Source: an uncultured bacterium (GTDB lineage: Bacteria; Krumholzibacteriota; Krumholzibacteriia; LZORAL124-64-63). From it: a stretch of 64,000 nt of DNA. The stretch is taken from contig CAVSGO010000007.1 of NCBI GenBank assembly GCA_963727525.1, positions 1,504,001 to 1,568,000 on the forward strand, written 5' to 3'. The notes below the pieces were generated by a model. The model saw only the letters and a list, made by a program, of their open reading frames with translations. It made no database searches and was not told where the DNA came from. This document shows positions 9,469-20,984 of the stretch, in pieces. The position numbers and the translations under genes were made by a program. The stretch's first letter is position 1; the number at the start of each line of letters is the position of its first letter.

Positions 9469-9837
9469 ATGAGACCTGTGATGATGCACTGGCTGGTCAT
9501 GACCGTAGCCCTCGGCCTGACGGCATACCTGATCCCCGGCATCGCGGTGACGTCATTCGGCGCGTTGATCGTGGCCGCCCTCGTCCTCGGCTTCCTCAAC
9601 GCCGTGCTGCGGCCGATCCTGGTGCTGCTGACCCTGCCAGTCACGATCATGACGCTCGGGTTCTTCTACCTCGTCGTCAATGCCATCGTCTTCGCCCTGG
9701 CCGCCGTCCTGGTCCCCGGCTTCGTTGTAGCCGGCTTCGGTCCAGCACTGATCGGCGCGATCCTGGTCAGCCTGGTCTCATGGTTCCTCGGCAGCGCCAT
9801 GAAGCCGCGATCGCAGGACCGCCGGGTACCGCGGTGA
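9469..9837 (+). CDS. YvlD/phage holin 4-like membrane protein
   Basis: LNAVLRPILVLLTLPVTIMTLGFF.LVVNA motif; GGAGGAG SD. Confidence 0.85.
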   Translation: MRPVMMHWLVMTVALGLTAYLIPGIAVTSFGALIVAALVLGFLNAVLRPILVLLTLPVTIMTLGFFYLVVNAIVFALAAVLVPGFVVAGFGPALIGAILVSLVSWFLGSAMKPRSQDRRVPR

Positions 9838-9900
9838 GGCCAACCGCGACCCGCCGGACTGGCAAGCTCATTTTCGAGTGCCCAAGTACAGCGTCCGGAA

Positions 9901-10069
9901 GAGCCATCGGAGCGCCGGCTAGGCGTTCGGAGTGCGCGACACCGACCACTTGTCGGCGCCTGGAACAATGCCAAGGCAACCTGCAGCGTTTGCTAGGATG
10001 ATCGCTGCGCCCCGTCGGGCCGATCATCCCGCTAACGATCCTCTACGAGATTGGCGATATCGATCGGTT
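9901..10069 (+). mobile_element. Scrambled fragments of the IS110-family element
   Basis: 9901-10010 resembles 13961-14072 (non-coding end); 10015-10069 resembles 13554-13608 (transposase). Confidence 0.8.
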
Positions 10070-10594
10070 AGCCAGCAAGCTCAAGACGCGTTCGGCGGTC
10101 ACGGCGGGCGGTTCAGCCGACGTGTCGAGGAAGCACCCCGACGGGATGGCGCGACCATTGAACTTCGAGTGCAGGGCCGCTACGCGCAGCGCGCCCAATG
10201 AGCCGCTTTCACGACCCGCGTCGCGCGCGATCGCAACCTGCACCCGAGGATGCAGCACGCACAGATGCCACGCGATCTGCGCGCCGGCGAACATCTCACG
10301 ATACTCCGCCAGCGCCTCCGGAGGTGATTCGTGAATGGTGGCGTCGATCACCACGTTGAGCCCAGCGCGCCGAGCCAAGATCACGCTTGCCAGAACCTCT
10401 CGGTGGACGACTTCGCGTTTCTGACGGTGCTCCACTGTCCCGAATGCGCCGCGGTTCTTGCCAAAGCGACGCGGCCAGATATCATCTTCACTGACGCGGC
10501 ACCACCCCCCACGCGACTGAAGTAGGCGCGCGATCGTGCTCTTGCCACTGCCGCAAGTCCCCGTGAGGACCAGGACCTTCAAGCCCTGCGCCAT
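10043..10594 (-). CDS. P-loop kinase (AAA_33-like)
   Basis: Walker A GTCGSGKS and VVIDAT; the C-terminus runs into IS-derived sequence. Confidence 0.8.
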   Translation of the reverse strand: MAQGLKVLVLTGTCGSGKSTIARLLQSRGGWCRVSEDDIWPRRFGKNRGAFGTVEHRQKREVVHREVLASVILARRAGLNVVIDATIHESPPEALAEYREMFAGAQIAWHLCVLHPRVQVAIARDAGRESGSLGALRVAALHSKFNGRAIPSGCFLDTSAEPPAVTAERVLSLLANRSISPIS

Positions 10595-10692
10595 GGTGCC
10601 TCCGACGAAATGCTGGCTGTCCGTCACGCCGATAAGCTGCGGGCGCCCTGCCCCACGGAAGCAGCATCTTCTCCGATCAATCACGGCTCGAG

Positions 10693-11340
10693 TCAATGAC
10701 GTCTTTTCAGCACGACATGAGTTGCGGCGGCGGTTGGGACATGAGCGGTGCACTCATAGCCCAAAACAGTGAGATCGAGGCCATATAAGAGATGCTCGCC
10801 AGAACCGAGCAGCATCGGTGCGATCGCCACGTGTAGCTCGTCGATGAGTCTCGCTTCGAGATACTGGCGGACCGTCGCCACGCCACCGCTGATCTGCACG
10901 TCCTTGCCCTCCGCGGCCGCCACGGCGTGCTCCATCGCCTCTCGAATACCCTCGGTAACGAAGTGGTAGACTGTACCGCCTTCCATCTCCACCGACGGGC
11001 GAGCATGATGGGTCAGCACGAAAACCGGGCCGTGGTATGGGGGGTTCTTTCCCCACCAGCCGCGCCAGGAGTCATCGGGCCAGGCACCTCGAATCGGACC
11101 GAACATGTTGCGACCCATGATCCACGCGCCAACGCCATCGCCGAATCGCGCAGCGAAATCCTCGTCGACGCCAGTAGTACCGCCGGCCTTCCCAACCATG
11201 CGCTGAAACGTGCGTGTCGGAAAAAGCCACTCGTGCAACTCCTCCCCGCCGGCGCCGAGAGGCTCCTCCCGAGTCTGGCGCGGGCCGGCCCCGAAGCCGT
11301 CGATCGAGATCGCAAAGTTGTGCACGCGTACGCGAGTCAT
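10693..11340 (-). CDS. Dihydrofolate reductase/RibD C-terminal family protein
   Basis: ISIDGFGAGP, MGRNMF, GGVATVRQYL..RLIDE motifs; GTTAGAC core-like site at 11370-11376. Confidence 0.85.
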   Translation of the reverse strand: MTRVRVHNFAISIDGFGAGPRQTREEPLGAGGEELHEWLFPTRTFQRMVGKAGGTTGVDEDFAARFGDGVGAWIMGRNMFGPIRGAWPDDSWRGWWGKNPPYHGPVFVLTHHARPSVEMEGGTVYHFVTEGIREAMEHAVAAAEGKDVQISGGVATVRQYLEARLIDELHVAIAPMLLGSGEHLLYGLDLTVLGYECTAHVPTAAATHVVLKRRH

Positions 11341-11510
11341 GGTTCCTCCCAGGCAAAGATGCCGTCCGAGTCTAACGGGAACGCAACGTCCGCCGGGACA
11401 AGCCATCAAGAACGAATAGCAGCCCGACACCTTGCATCAACGCGGCGCCACTCCGAGACCGCAGCGCCAATACCACGACTCTCGTCAACCCGGTATGTCT
11501 CGACGATCCC

Positions 11511-12044
11511 TCAGACTGCCGGCAGATCAGAGGTGCGGCCGAGATCGAGACGCATGGGCTGTTGCATGAGTGATGACCCCGGCCGAAGCGGCTGCGGCTC
11601 CCCGGCCGGCCGGAATCCCGCCCGCGCATACAGCCGCCTGGCAGGACTATCGCCGTCCGTCACCTCCAGTGCGACTTCTCGCGCCCCCACGTCCCTCGCC
11701 CAAGTGATGACCGCGTCCAGGAGGCGGCGCCCCACGCCCCGCCCACGATACTCCGGCGCAACCCACACCTGATACAAATGCACCGCCGTCGGCTCGGACG
11801 GGTCGACCCGCCCCCAAGCGAGCGCGATCGCCTCCGCGCCGACCAGCGCGACGAGCGGCAGATCCGTCGGCGAGTGTACACCCGCCGCCAGACGCCGCTC
11901 CCATTCAATATCCGGGCGCGCGATCTCCCGCGCGCGCGTGCTACTGAAGGCGTCCGGCGACTCCTCGAGTGCACGGAGCCTCAGTTCGCGATACATCTGC
12001 CACTCGTGCGCGCGAAGACGCCGGACGAGGGCCGTATCAGTCAT
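11511..12044 (-). CDS. GNAT family N-acetyltransferase
   Basis: VWVAPEYRGRGVG and ARRLYARAGF. Confidence 0.9.
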   Translation of the reverse strand: MTDTALVRRLRAHEWQMYRELRLRALEESPDAFSSTRAREIARPDIEWERRLAAGVHSPTDLPLVALVGAEAIALAWGRVDPSEPTAVHLYQVWVAPEYRGRGVGRRLLDAVITWARDVGAREVALEVTDGDSPARRLYARAGFRPAGEPQPLRPGSSLMQQPMRLDLGRTSDLPAV

Positions 12045-12120
12045 ATCTCTGTGATCGTCCTATCACCATGGTCCAAAATCCATAGGTCCACCTGCGTCGC
12101 ATTCGCGGTCGTCTTCGCGC

Positions 12121-12627
12121 CTATCGCTTTCTCTTCCCCACGCCGGGCACGGCGGCGACTTGTTTCATCCACGCCGCGATCTGGCGTTCGTCGAGATCTT
12201 CCACGGATTCGAGTTCCACGCCGCGCGTGGACTTGCCCATCGCCACCGGCGTCACCGGCGGCACCGGCGTGAGCGTCGCGCCGTTCATGAACATGAGCTT
12301 GACGTGATTGGCAAAGCCACCGCAGCAGAAACACCAGCCGTCGCCGACGCCATAGTACGACATGCCCCACTTCACGGACCTCTGCAGGTCCGGAAGCGTC
12401 TCGGCTGCCAGGGCATCGATTCTCTCGGCGATGCCGCGCTGCGGTTGCGGCAAGCCGGCGATATAGGCAAAGACCGGCCTGTCGCCGTCCGCTGCCTTCG
12501 CCGGGCTTGCTTTGCCGGTAATCATGGATTCCGGCAGCGCCGTGTCAGCCCGGCCTTGCACCGGCGCGCGCTTGGCCGTATTCCGTACCGCCGGCTTCGA
12601 GGTCCGGTCTGGGTTGCGGGCGGGCAT
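12121..12627 (-). CDS. DUF1801-domain protein
   Basis: YIAGLPQPQR...VKWGMSYYG...HVKLMF..GATL. Confidence 0.75.
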   Translation of the reverse strand: MPARNPDRTSKPAVRNTAKRAPVQGRADTALPESMITGKASPAKAADGDRPVFAYIAGLPQPQRGIAERIDALAAETLPDLQRSVKWGMSYYGVGDGWCFCCGGFANHVKLMFMNGATLTPVPPVTPVAMGKSTRGVELESVEDLDERQIAAWMKQVAAVPGVGKRKR

Positions 12628-12786
12628 GGTAGTCTCCTGCAGATTCGAAGTCTGTCAACTTGACGACATACATTCAGATCCAGGCGTGAAGATACCCGAC
12701 GAAATTCTACACCAACGCGTCGCCAGACCCCACAAGTACATCAAGACAAGAAGTCGAATTCTTGCCCGATTACTCGTTATCGTTTT

Positions 12787-13383
12787 CTATGCTCTCGCCG
12801 GCTCGTACGTGGCGATGACCACGCCGGCCGATGAAGTCACGCATTCCGTCAATCGGAGCGCCAACTTGGCTTGCTCGGAGAAGAGCCGACGACCGGTGCC
12901 GAGAACCAGAGGGTGGATCATCAGCAAGAATTCGTCGATCAAGTCAGCGGGCAACAATGCCCGAATCAACTCCCCACTGCCCATGATACCCAGCACACCA
13001 TCCGTCCGGGCCTTGAGTGCTCCGACCGCCACCGGGATATCGCCACGCAGCAGCGTCGTGTTCGGCCACGGTAGTGGTTCCCTGAGCGTGGTCGACACGA
13101 CAAACTTCCGCGCCTGATTCAGCCCATCCTTGAATGGCCCACCCTCACGGTTCCAGTGACCCAGCAAGTCGTCGTAGGTCCGCCTTCCGAACAGCCACCC
13201 CGCCAATCCACCCCCAGCCGCGATCCGCTGGCCCATCACCTCTTGCACCTCGTTGCCAGCCGTCGCGGACCGTCGAGCCCACCCCCCTTGCATGAAACCA
13301 CCGCGAGTATCTTCGTCCTGGCGGCCAGGCGCCTGCATGACCCCATCCAGCGTCAGATGGTTCATCACAATGATCCGACCCAC
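12787..13383 (-). CDS. Dihydrofolate reductase/RibD C-terminal family protein (second paralog)
   Basis: TLDGVMQAPG, FGRRTY, GSGELIRAL...LIDEF..HPLVLGTG; GTG start after a GGAGG SD. Confidence 0.85.
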   Translation of the reverse strand: MGRIIVMNHLTLDGVMQAPGRQDEDTRGGFMQGGWARRSATAGNEVQEVMGQRIAAGGGLAGWLFGRRTYDDLLGHWNREGGPFKDGLNQARKFVVSTTLREPLPWPNTTLLRGDIPVAVGALKARTDGVLGIMGSGELIRALLPADLIDEFLLMIHPLVLGTGRRLFSEQAKLALRLTECVTSSAGVVIATYEPARA

Positions 13384-13489
13384 GGAAGCCTCCCTTCGTC
13401 CGATCAACACCGACGTGGTGCCCAGTGGCCGCGGGGCCGCCGACCGCGATGTCGGTCCGCCGCCGCGCTCTGCCGGACTCTCACGTGGT

Positions 13490-14400
13490 TGCCCGCGCCA
13501 GAATGGCTGCGCGAAACCTCAGGCCCTCTACCGCTTGCGCTCGGTGCCAGGCATCGGGCCGATCATCTCGCTGACGATCCTCTACGAGATTGGCGACATC
13601 GATCGGTTCCCGAGGGTCCAGGATTTCGCTTCCTACGCCCGCCTCGTCAAGTGCGCCAAGGAGTCCGCCGGTAAACGGTACGGCAGCTCCGGTGCCAAGA
13701 TCGGCAGCGCCCACCTCAAGTGGGCCTTCTCCGAAGCCGCGGTCCTCTTCCTGCGCAACAACCCTGACGGAATGAAGCTCAAACGCCGACTCGAGAAGAA
13801 GCACGGCAAGGCGAAGTCGCTTTCGATCCTCGCCCATAAGATCGGCCGTGCCGTCTACTACATGCTCAAGCGTGACCAGGCCTTTGACCTCCAGCGATTC
13901 GTGACGGCATGAAAGGGAGGGGGCGGTCAAGCAACTCGTCTAACTGGAGCCGCAACGGCAGAGCCATCGAAGCGCCAGCTAAGCTATCAGAGTGCGTGTG
14001 ACACCGATCACGTGGCGGCGCATGGAGCAATGCCAAGGCAACCTGCAGCGTTTGATTAGATGATCGCTCCGCTCCCGCAAATTTCACCTGACAAAGGTCG
14101 GACCCAATGCCCTGCCCCTTAACCGAGCCCGGGAACCAACTGGCGAGCGCCGCGCGCTCAGCCCGACTCTTGACTGGGCCGACACAAGGGCACCGATGTG
14201 TTTCTAGGTCGCGGGGCGCGAGCCTCGCAGGCTCATCACCGGTGAGCGAACCTCGATAGGTGTTTGGTGCAGGGCACCGACCTGCGCCAGTACCGAGAAA
14301 CTAAGCCGGGGCAGAAGTGATCCGCGCCGTAGCCCTCTATGCGATTGTCAAAGATCGAGACCGGATCGGATTGCCTACTTGACGGGGTGGGGCCTCATAG
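13490..14400 (+). mobile_element. 5'-truncated IS110-family element: transposase C-terminal domain (to 13912) plus ~490-bp non-coding right end
   Basis: LRSVPGIG...IGDIDRF...ESAGK...LKWAFSEAA...AHKIGRAVYYML; the RuvC-like N-terminal half is absent. The right end carries TTGACG and GGGGCCTCAT. Confidence 0.85.
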
Positions 14401-14430
14401 GTGTTATGAGGTCGCGATACCCTTTTCCCC

Positions 14431-15177
14431 TTATGAAGATACACCCACCGCTGTACGCAAGTATATGTCCGACTCAAGTTGGTTTAGCATGAAGCCAGCA
14501 ACATCCGCCCTGGAAATACTCGTTGTCATAAAGTAGCTGCCCACAGATGGGCCATGTCGCGGCCAGCCCTGCTTCCGCCCGTTGGTCAGTGCGCCAGGCC
14601 GCACGATAACCCACTCCACACTGCTGCGTGCAATTATCTGTTCTTGGCGCGTTTTGTCCCAAAAGTAGAATGCCAAAATTACTGGAATTACAAAAAACGT
14701 GTAGTACGCCCCCAAGCGCCCAGTACTATCCCCGATGCCGAGTGAGGTTTCACAGATGAGGCGCGGAACCTTGTGAGCCTCCATAGCGTGCAGGATATTG
14801 CGAGTGCCTTCTGAGAGTATTCGAGTGGGGCCAAAGAACCGCTTGTGACCGAGGGCTGACAATACCGCGTCCTGACCAGCCATTGCTGCTTCCAACGTGC
14901 CCACATCAAGCACATCACCTTGGACAACGGTCAATTGGGGATTGTCATCTTTGAGCCGTGACCGATCTCGGACAAGAGCTGTGACCTGAAGGCCACGATC
15001 CAACGCCTGCGAGACAAGCATTCGACCAGTTCCACCAGTCGCGCCTACAATTAGCACGCGTGAACAAGAGTTCACAGTGTTCTCATTGGCGAGTGGCACG
15101 TGCGAGCGATGGCCCGCTCGCGCTAACGCGACCGCCAGGAGAATCGCGTACCCGACGTAGCACAGCAAATAGACCAT
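14431..15177 (-). CDS. NAD(P)H-binding Rossmann protein (flavin/biliverdin reductase B-like); gene cassette
   Basis: VLIVGATGGTG, WVIVRPGAL, ISRADVA. Begins after R' GTTATGC and is followed by TCATAAC. Confidence 0.85.
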   Translation of the reverse strand: MVYLLCYVGYAILLAVALARAGHRSHVPLANENTVNSCSRVLIVGATGGTGRMLVSQALDRGLQVTALVRDRSRLKDDNPQLTVVQGDVLDVGTLEAAMAGQDAVLSALGHKRFFGPTRILSEGTRNILHAMEAHKVPRLICETSLGIGDSTGRLGAYYTFFVIPVILAFYFWDKTRQEQIIARSSVEWVIVRPGALTNGRKQGWPRHGPSVGSYFMTTSISRADVAGFMLNQLESDIYLRTAVGVSS

Positions 15178-15195
15178 GTTTCTATCCCCTCATCC

Positions 15196-15294
15196 GCATA
15201 ACGTCACGTTGAGCAGCGGGCGGGCTTGGCGCGGCGCTTGCGCACGCAAGCGACGTGACAAGGCCGATCCGTCTGCTCCAACTACTCGTTAGAC
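15196..15294 (-). other. Integron attC site (99 bp)
   Basis: R'' GTCTAAC, 5-nt spacer, L'' GTTGGAGC, central hairpin CGCTTGCG-TG-CGCAAGCG, L' GCTCAAC, 5-nt spacer, R' GTTATGC; one extra base in L''. Confidence 0.9.
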
Positions 15295-15316
15295 CCATTC
15301 TCGTCGATACCTAGCG

Positions 15317-15769
15317 CTACTGTGCGGGTACCAGGGCTTCAAGTTTCGACTCAATGTCGCGAAACGCCTGCACATATTGCGATCGAAGATTACTCATTTC
15401 AACTGGCCGGTCCGCCCAGGTCGCCGCCGTCTGTTGCTCTAAGATATACTGCAACGAAACGCGCGTTCCGCCGGGAACGACTCCGACCATCGCCGTCCAC
15501 TGTGCGCGAGTGGTGCCGCCGATTCCCTCCAACTTCTCGGGGAATACCCTCGTCTTGGTGTACACAGTGCCGCTTGCCGAATCTACTAGGGCAATTGTGA
15601 ATCCATAATCGACAAGCAGGGCTGTCACAGCCCCAATCGCCGCGGGGGCACTGCATGAAAACACACGAGAGCGCTCATTAAGCGGCAACTGATAGCTTGC
15701 GACATGGGCGCAACCGCCCACGCCAAGAGCAACCAACGCCGTGACCAAAGCAATCTTCCATCGGACCAA
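15317..15769 (-). CDS. Hypothetical lipoprotein; first gene cassette
   Basis: TTG start after GGAGG; lipobox-like VGGC. The cassette start GTTAGAC is the exact complement of its R'' GTCTAAC. Confidence 0.7.
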   Translation of the reverse strand: MVRWKIALVTALVALGVGGCAHVASYQLPLNERSRVFSCSAPAAIGAVTALLVDYGFTIALVDSASGTVYTKTRVFPEKLEGIGGTTRAQWTAMVGVVPGGTRVSLQYILEQQTAATWADRPVEMSNLRSQYVQAFRDIESKLEALVPAQ

Positions 15770-15801
15770 TGTAGCCTCCCAAGTATCTTCGAACTTCGCA
15801 G

Positions 15802-15910
15802 GTCTAACAATTCAGTAGCTTGACCTGGTGTATCCGTTTCCACCTGACCTGGGATATCTGATATCCCGGGTCTTTGGTATCGGGGTGGCTTGGTCTGGGT
15901 ATCTGGATAG
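15802..15910 (-). other. attI-like cassette entry site with upstream repeats
   Basis: GTTAGAC core with no attC palindrome upstream; TGACCTGG twice (15821, 15845); GGGATATC-T-GATATCCC palindrome (15851-15867). Confidence 0.45.
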
Positions 15911-16053
15911 CGCCACTGACGACGCGAGCGCATGCAAGCGTGCCGCACGCTTGGTGGCGCGGCGCATACTTGGCGTGTTGATGTGGCGTGATGGTATTCC
16001 CCCCTGGCCCCGCCGCGGGTCCCCACCCGTGGCTTCGTTTCGGCTGGTTGGGT

Positions 16054-16085
16054 GCCGGGCCGGCCCTTTTTGGGGTCGGCCCGGC
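16054..16085. terminator. GC-rich stem-loop downstream of nrdJ
   Basis: GCCGGGCCGGCCC / GGGTCGGCCCGGC arms; no clear U-tract. Confidence 0.45.
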
Positions 16086-16123
16086 TGGGGTGGAACGCGC
16101 GTCCTTTCGGTTCCCCCGCTTCG

Positions 16124-19036
<2,913 letters not shown>

Positions 19037-19210
19037 GGGTCCAACGCTCCTTCGTCTATTTCGCCATCTTGCGTCTACGTTGCAATGACACCGGGCCCGT
19101 CGCGACGTTGCTCCTGCCGGGAGAGCCATCTCTCGCCGTGCCGCGACGGGTACCGCGGCCCTTCATGATCGATCGTCGGGAGCGGTCGCGGAACGAATCT
19201 TGAGATAAAT

Positions 19211-19258
19211 CCACAAGATATGGGGGCGAGTTCGCGCGGCCACCACACTCCCTAGGGG
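19211..19258 (-). promoter_or_regulatory. Tandem NrdR boxes
   Basis: CCCCCATATCTTGTGG (19211-19226, minus strand) fits the NrdR consensus; a weaker copy lies 32 bp away; both upstream of nrdJ. Confidence 0.65.
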
Positions 19259-19542
19259 GAGAAGGAGGAGAATATCTCGCACCACAGGCGGGTCGCCAAG
19301 GGGGAATTCCGCGCACCCCACCGCGCTGGCCCCTCACCCCTTCGCGTTCGAGGCCAAGCCAAGGAATTTGCACGGATTTCCCCCGCTGGCAGCCCCGAAA
19401 AAAATTTACGAGATCTTCACGCATCCCCGCGGCGCAACCCTCCGGGGACCGGCCGGAGCGAGGCGTCGTCCCCGAATCAAGAAAATAAGTTATTGTTACA
19501 GAACAGGTTAAGAGCGCAGGCGACGAGCCTCGAAATGCGGAC

Positions 19543-19962
19543 TCAGGCGTCGTCTCCCTCACCGGCCACGACCGCACTCACGATCTTCTCGATCGTGTCG
19601 CGGCCGGTGCGGAACGCAGCCCGCACCTCGTCGGGTGGGCCGGTGGCGCCCATGGGATCGGTCACGGGGTGCGCGAGGTGGCGCTGCCCGGGGCCCAGCG
19701 CGGGCAGGTAGCGGCCGGCCTCCTCACTGAGGGTGACCACGAGGTCGAAACCGCCCAGTTCCACCTCCTCGATCGTCTTGGAGTGCTGCCCCGCCATGTC
19801 GATCCCCACCTCGGCCATGACGGCGCGCGCGCGTCGGCTGACGGGGTAGGTGAGCAGGCCGGCGCTCGCCACGGTCCAGCCCTCCGGAAAGAGGCGGTGG
19901 GCCCAGGCCTCGGCCATCTGGCTGCGGCAGGCATTGGCGGTGCAGACGAAGAGGACGTTCAC
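19543..19962 (-). CDS. LMWP-family protein (ArsC/low-MW tyrosine phosphatase-like)
   Basis: VLFVCTANACRSQMAE P-loop and DP motif. Confidence 0.9.
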   Translation of the reverse strand: MNVLFVCTANACRSQMAEAWAHRLFPEGWTVASAGLLTYPVSRRARAVMAEVGIDMAGQHSKTIEEVELGGFDLVVTLSEEAGRYLPALGPGQRHLAHPVTDPMGATGPPDEVRAAFRTGRDTIEKIVSAVVAGEGDDA

Positions 19963-20801
19963 GGTGCCTCACCCAGGACGGTCAGCATACCTTCGAGATC
20001 GCGGCAAACCTCGGCGGCCAGCGTCGGGACGTCCACCGCCGTGGCGCCGGCGTGCGCGATGGCGGCCGCCACCTCGTCATCGTCGACGAGATCGGCACCG
20101 GCCGGAAAGCCCGCGCGGTTCGCCAGCAGATTCGCGGCCGCCACCACCCGGACCACGGCCGGCGCGTCGGCGGCCGGCGCATGATGGTGGCCGATGGAAG
20201 CGGCGAGATCGACAGGGAAGCTCCAGGCCTCCGCCAGCGCGGCGCCGGCCATGGTATGGTCGAAGCCGAGGATGTGGAGCTCCGCGTTCAGCAGCTCGTG
20301 GGCGCGCGCGTGCGGCGGCACCACCTCGACCTGCCCCTGCAGCGGCTTGTCGAGCAGGAGCTTGCCGATGTCGTGCACGAGTCCGGCCGTGAAGGCGCGG
20401 TCGCGGTCCTGACGGCTACCGTCGGCGGCGAGCCGGGCGGCGGCGATGGCAGAGCTCAGGGAGTGGTGCCAGAGCTGGCGCCGCCGCAGGCGATACCCCG
20501 CCAGGGGCCCGCGCATGATCTCGCCCATGCTCGCGGCGAATGCGAGCGTGAGGACGGCGCGGTTGCCCAGCATGACGAGCGCCTCGCGCACCGTGCCTAC
20601 GTTGCGCCGCAGGCCGTAGTATGCGGAGTTGCTCAGCTTCAGCAGATTGGCGGTGAGGCTCGGATCCTTCTCGATGACCTCGAGCACGGCGTCGGCACCC
20701 ACATCGGGTTCGTCGAGCAGGTCGAGCAGGCGCACCGTCGTCGACGGCAGCGAAGCGAGTTCCGTGGTTGCGGTGATCAGCTCGGCGAGTGTGCGGGTCA
20801 C
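19959..20801 (-). CDS. HDOD-domain protein
   Basis: DPSLTANLLKLSNSAYYG, LWHHS, AGLVHDIGK, GFDH...W.FP; GTG start after AAGGAGG. Confidence 0.9.
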   Translation of the reverse strand: MTRTLAELITATTELASLPSTTVRLLDLLDEPDVGADAVLEVIEKDPSLTANLLKLSNSAYYGLRRNVGTVREALVMLGNRAVLTLAFAASMGEIMRGPLAGYRLRRRQLWHHSLSSAIAAARLAADGSRQDRDRAFTAGLVHDIGKLLLDKPLQGQVEVVPPHARAHELLNAELHILGFDHTMAGAALAEAWSFPVDLAASIGHHHAPAADAPAVVRVVAAANLLANRAGFPAGADLVDDDEVAAAIAHAGATAVDVPTLAAEVCRDLEGMLTVLGEAP

Positions 20802-20984
20802 GTCTCCCTCCTTCTTGTCGTCGCCCCCCAAGGCGTCGTCGCATATAGAAACACAGGCCACTACGAACGTAAAGTCCAGGCGTCGGCGGCCGTCAGCTCG
20901 ACGTCCTTGCATCCCGAGCGATCTGCGGTACGATGGCCGCCGTGTTCGTGGCACCTGGCCCCGCGGCATGCAAGTCGAGGTCGC

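Noticed and set aside
14393-14411. CCTCATA/TATGAGG inverted repeat as an IS circle or tandem junction
   Set aside because: No IS left-end sequence follows and there is no good -10; better explained as the IS end beside the cassette R''. Not fully excluded.
15930-15946. Sigma54-like GGCACG...TGC motif upstream of the cassettes
   Set aside because: GG-to-GC spacing is 11, not the required 10.
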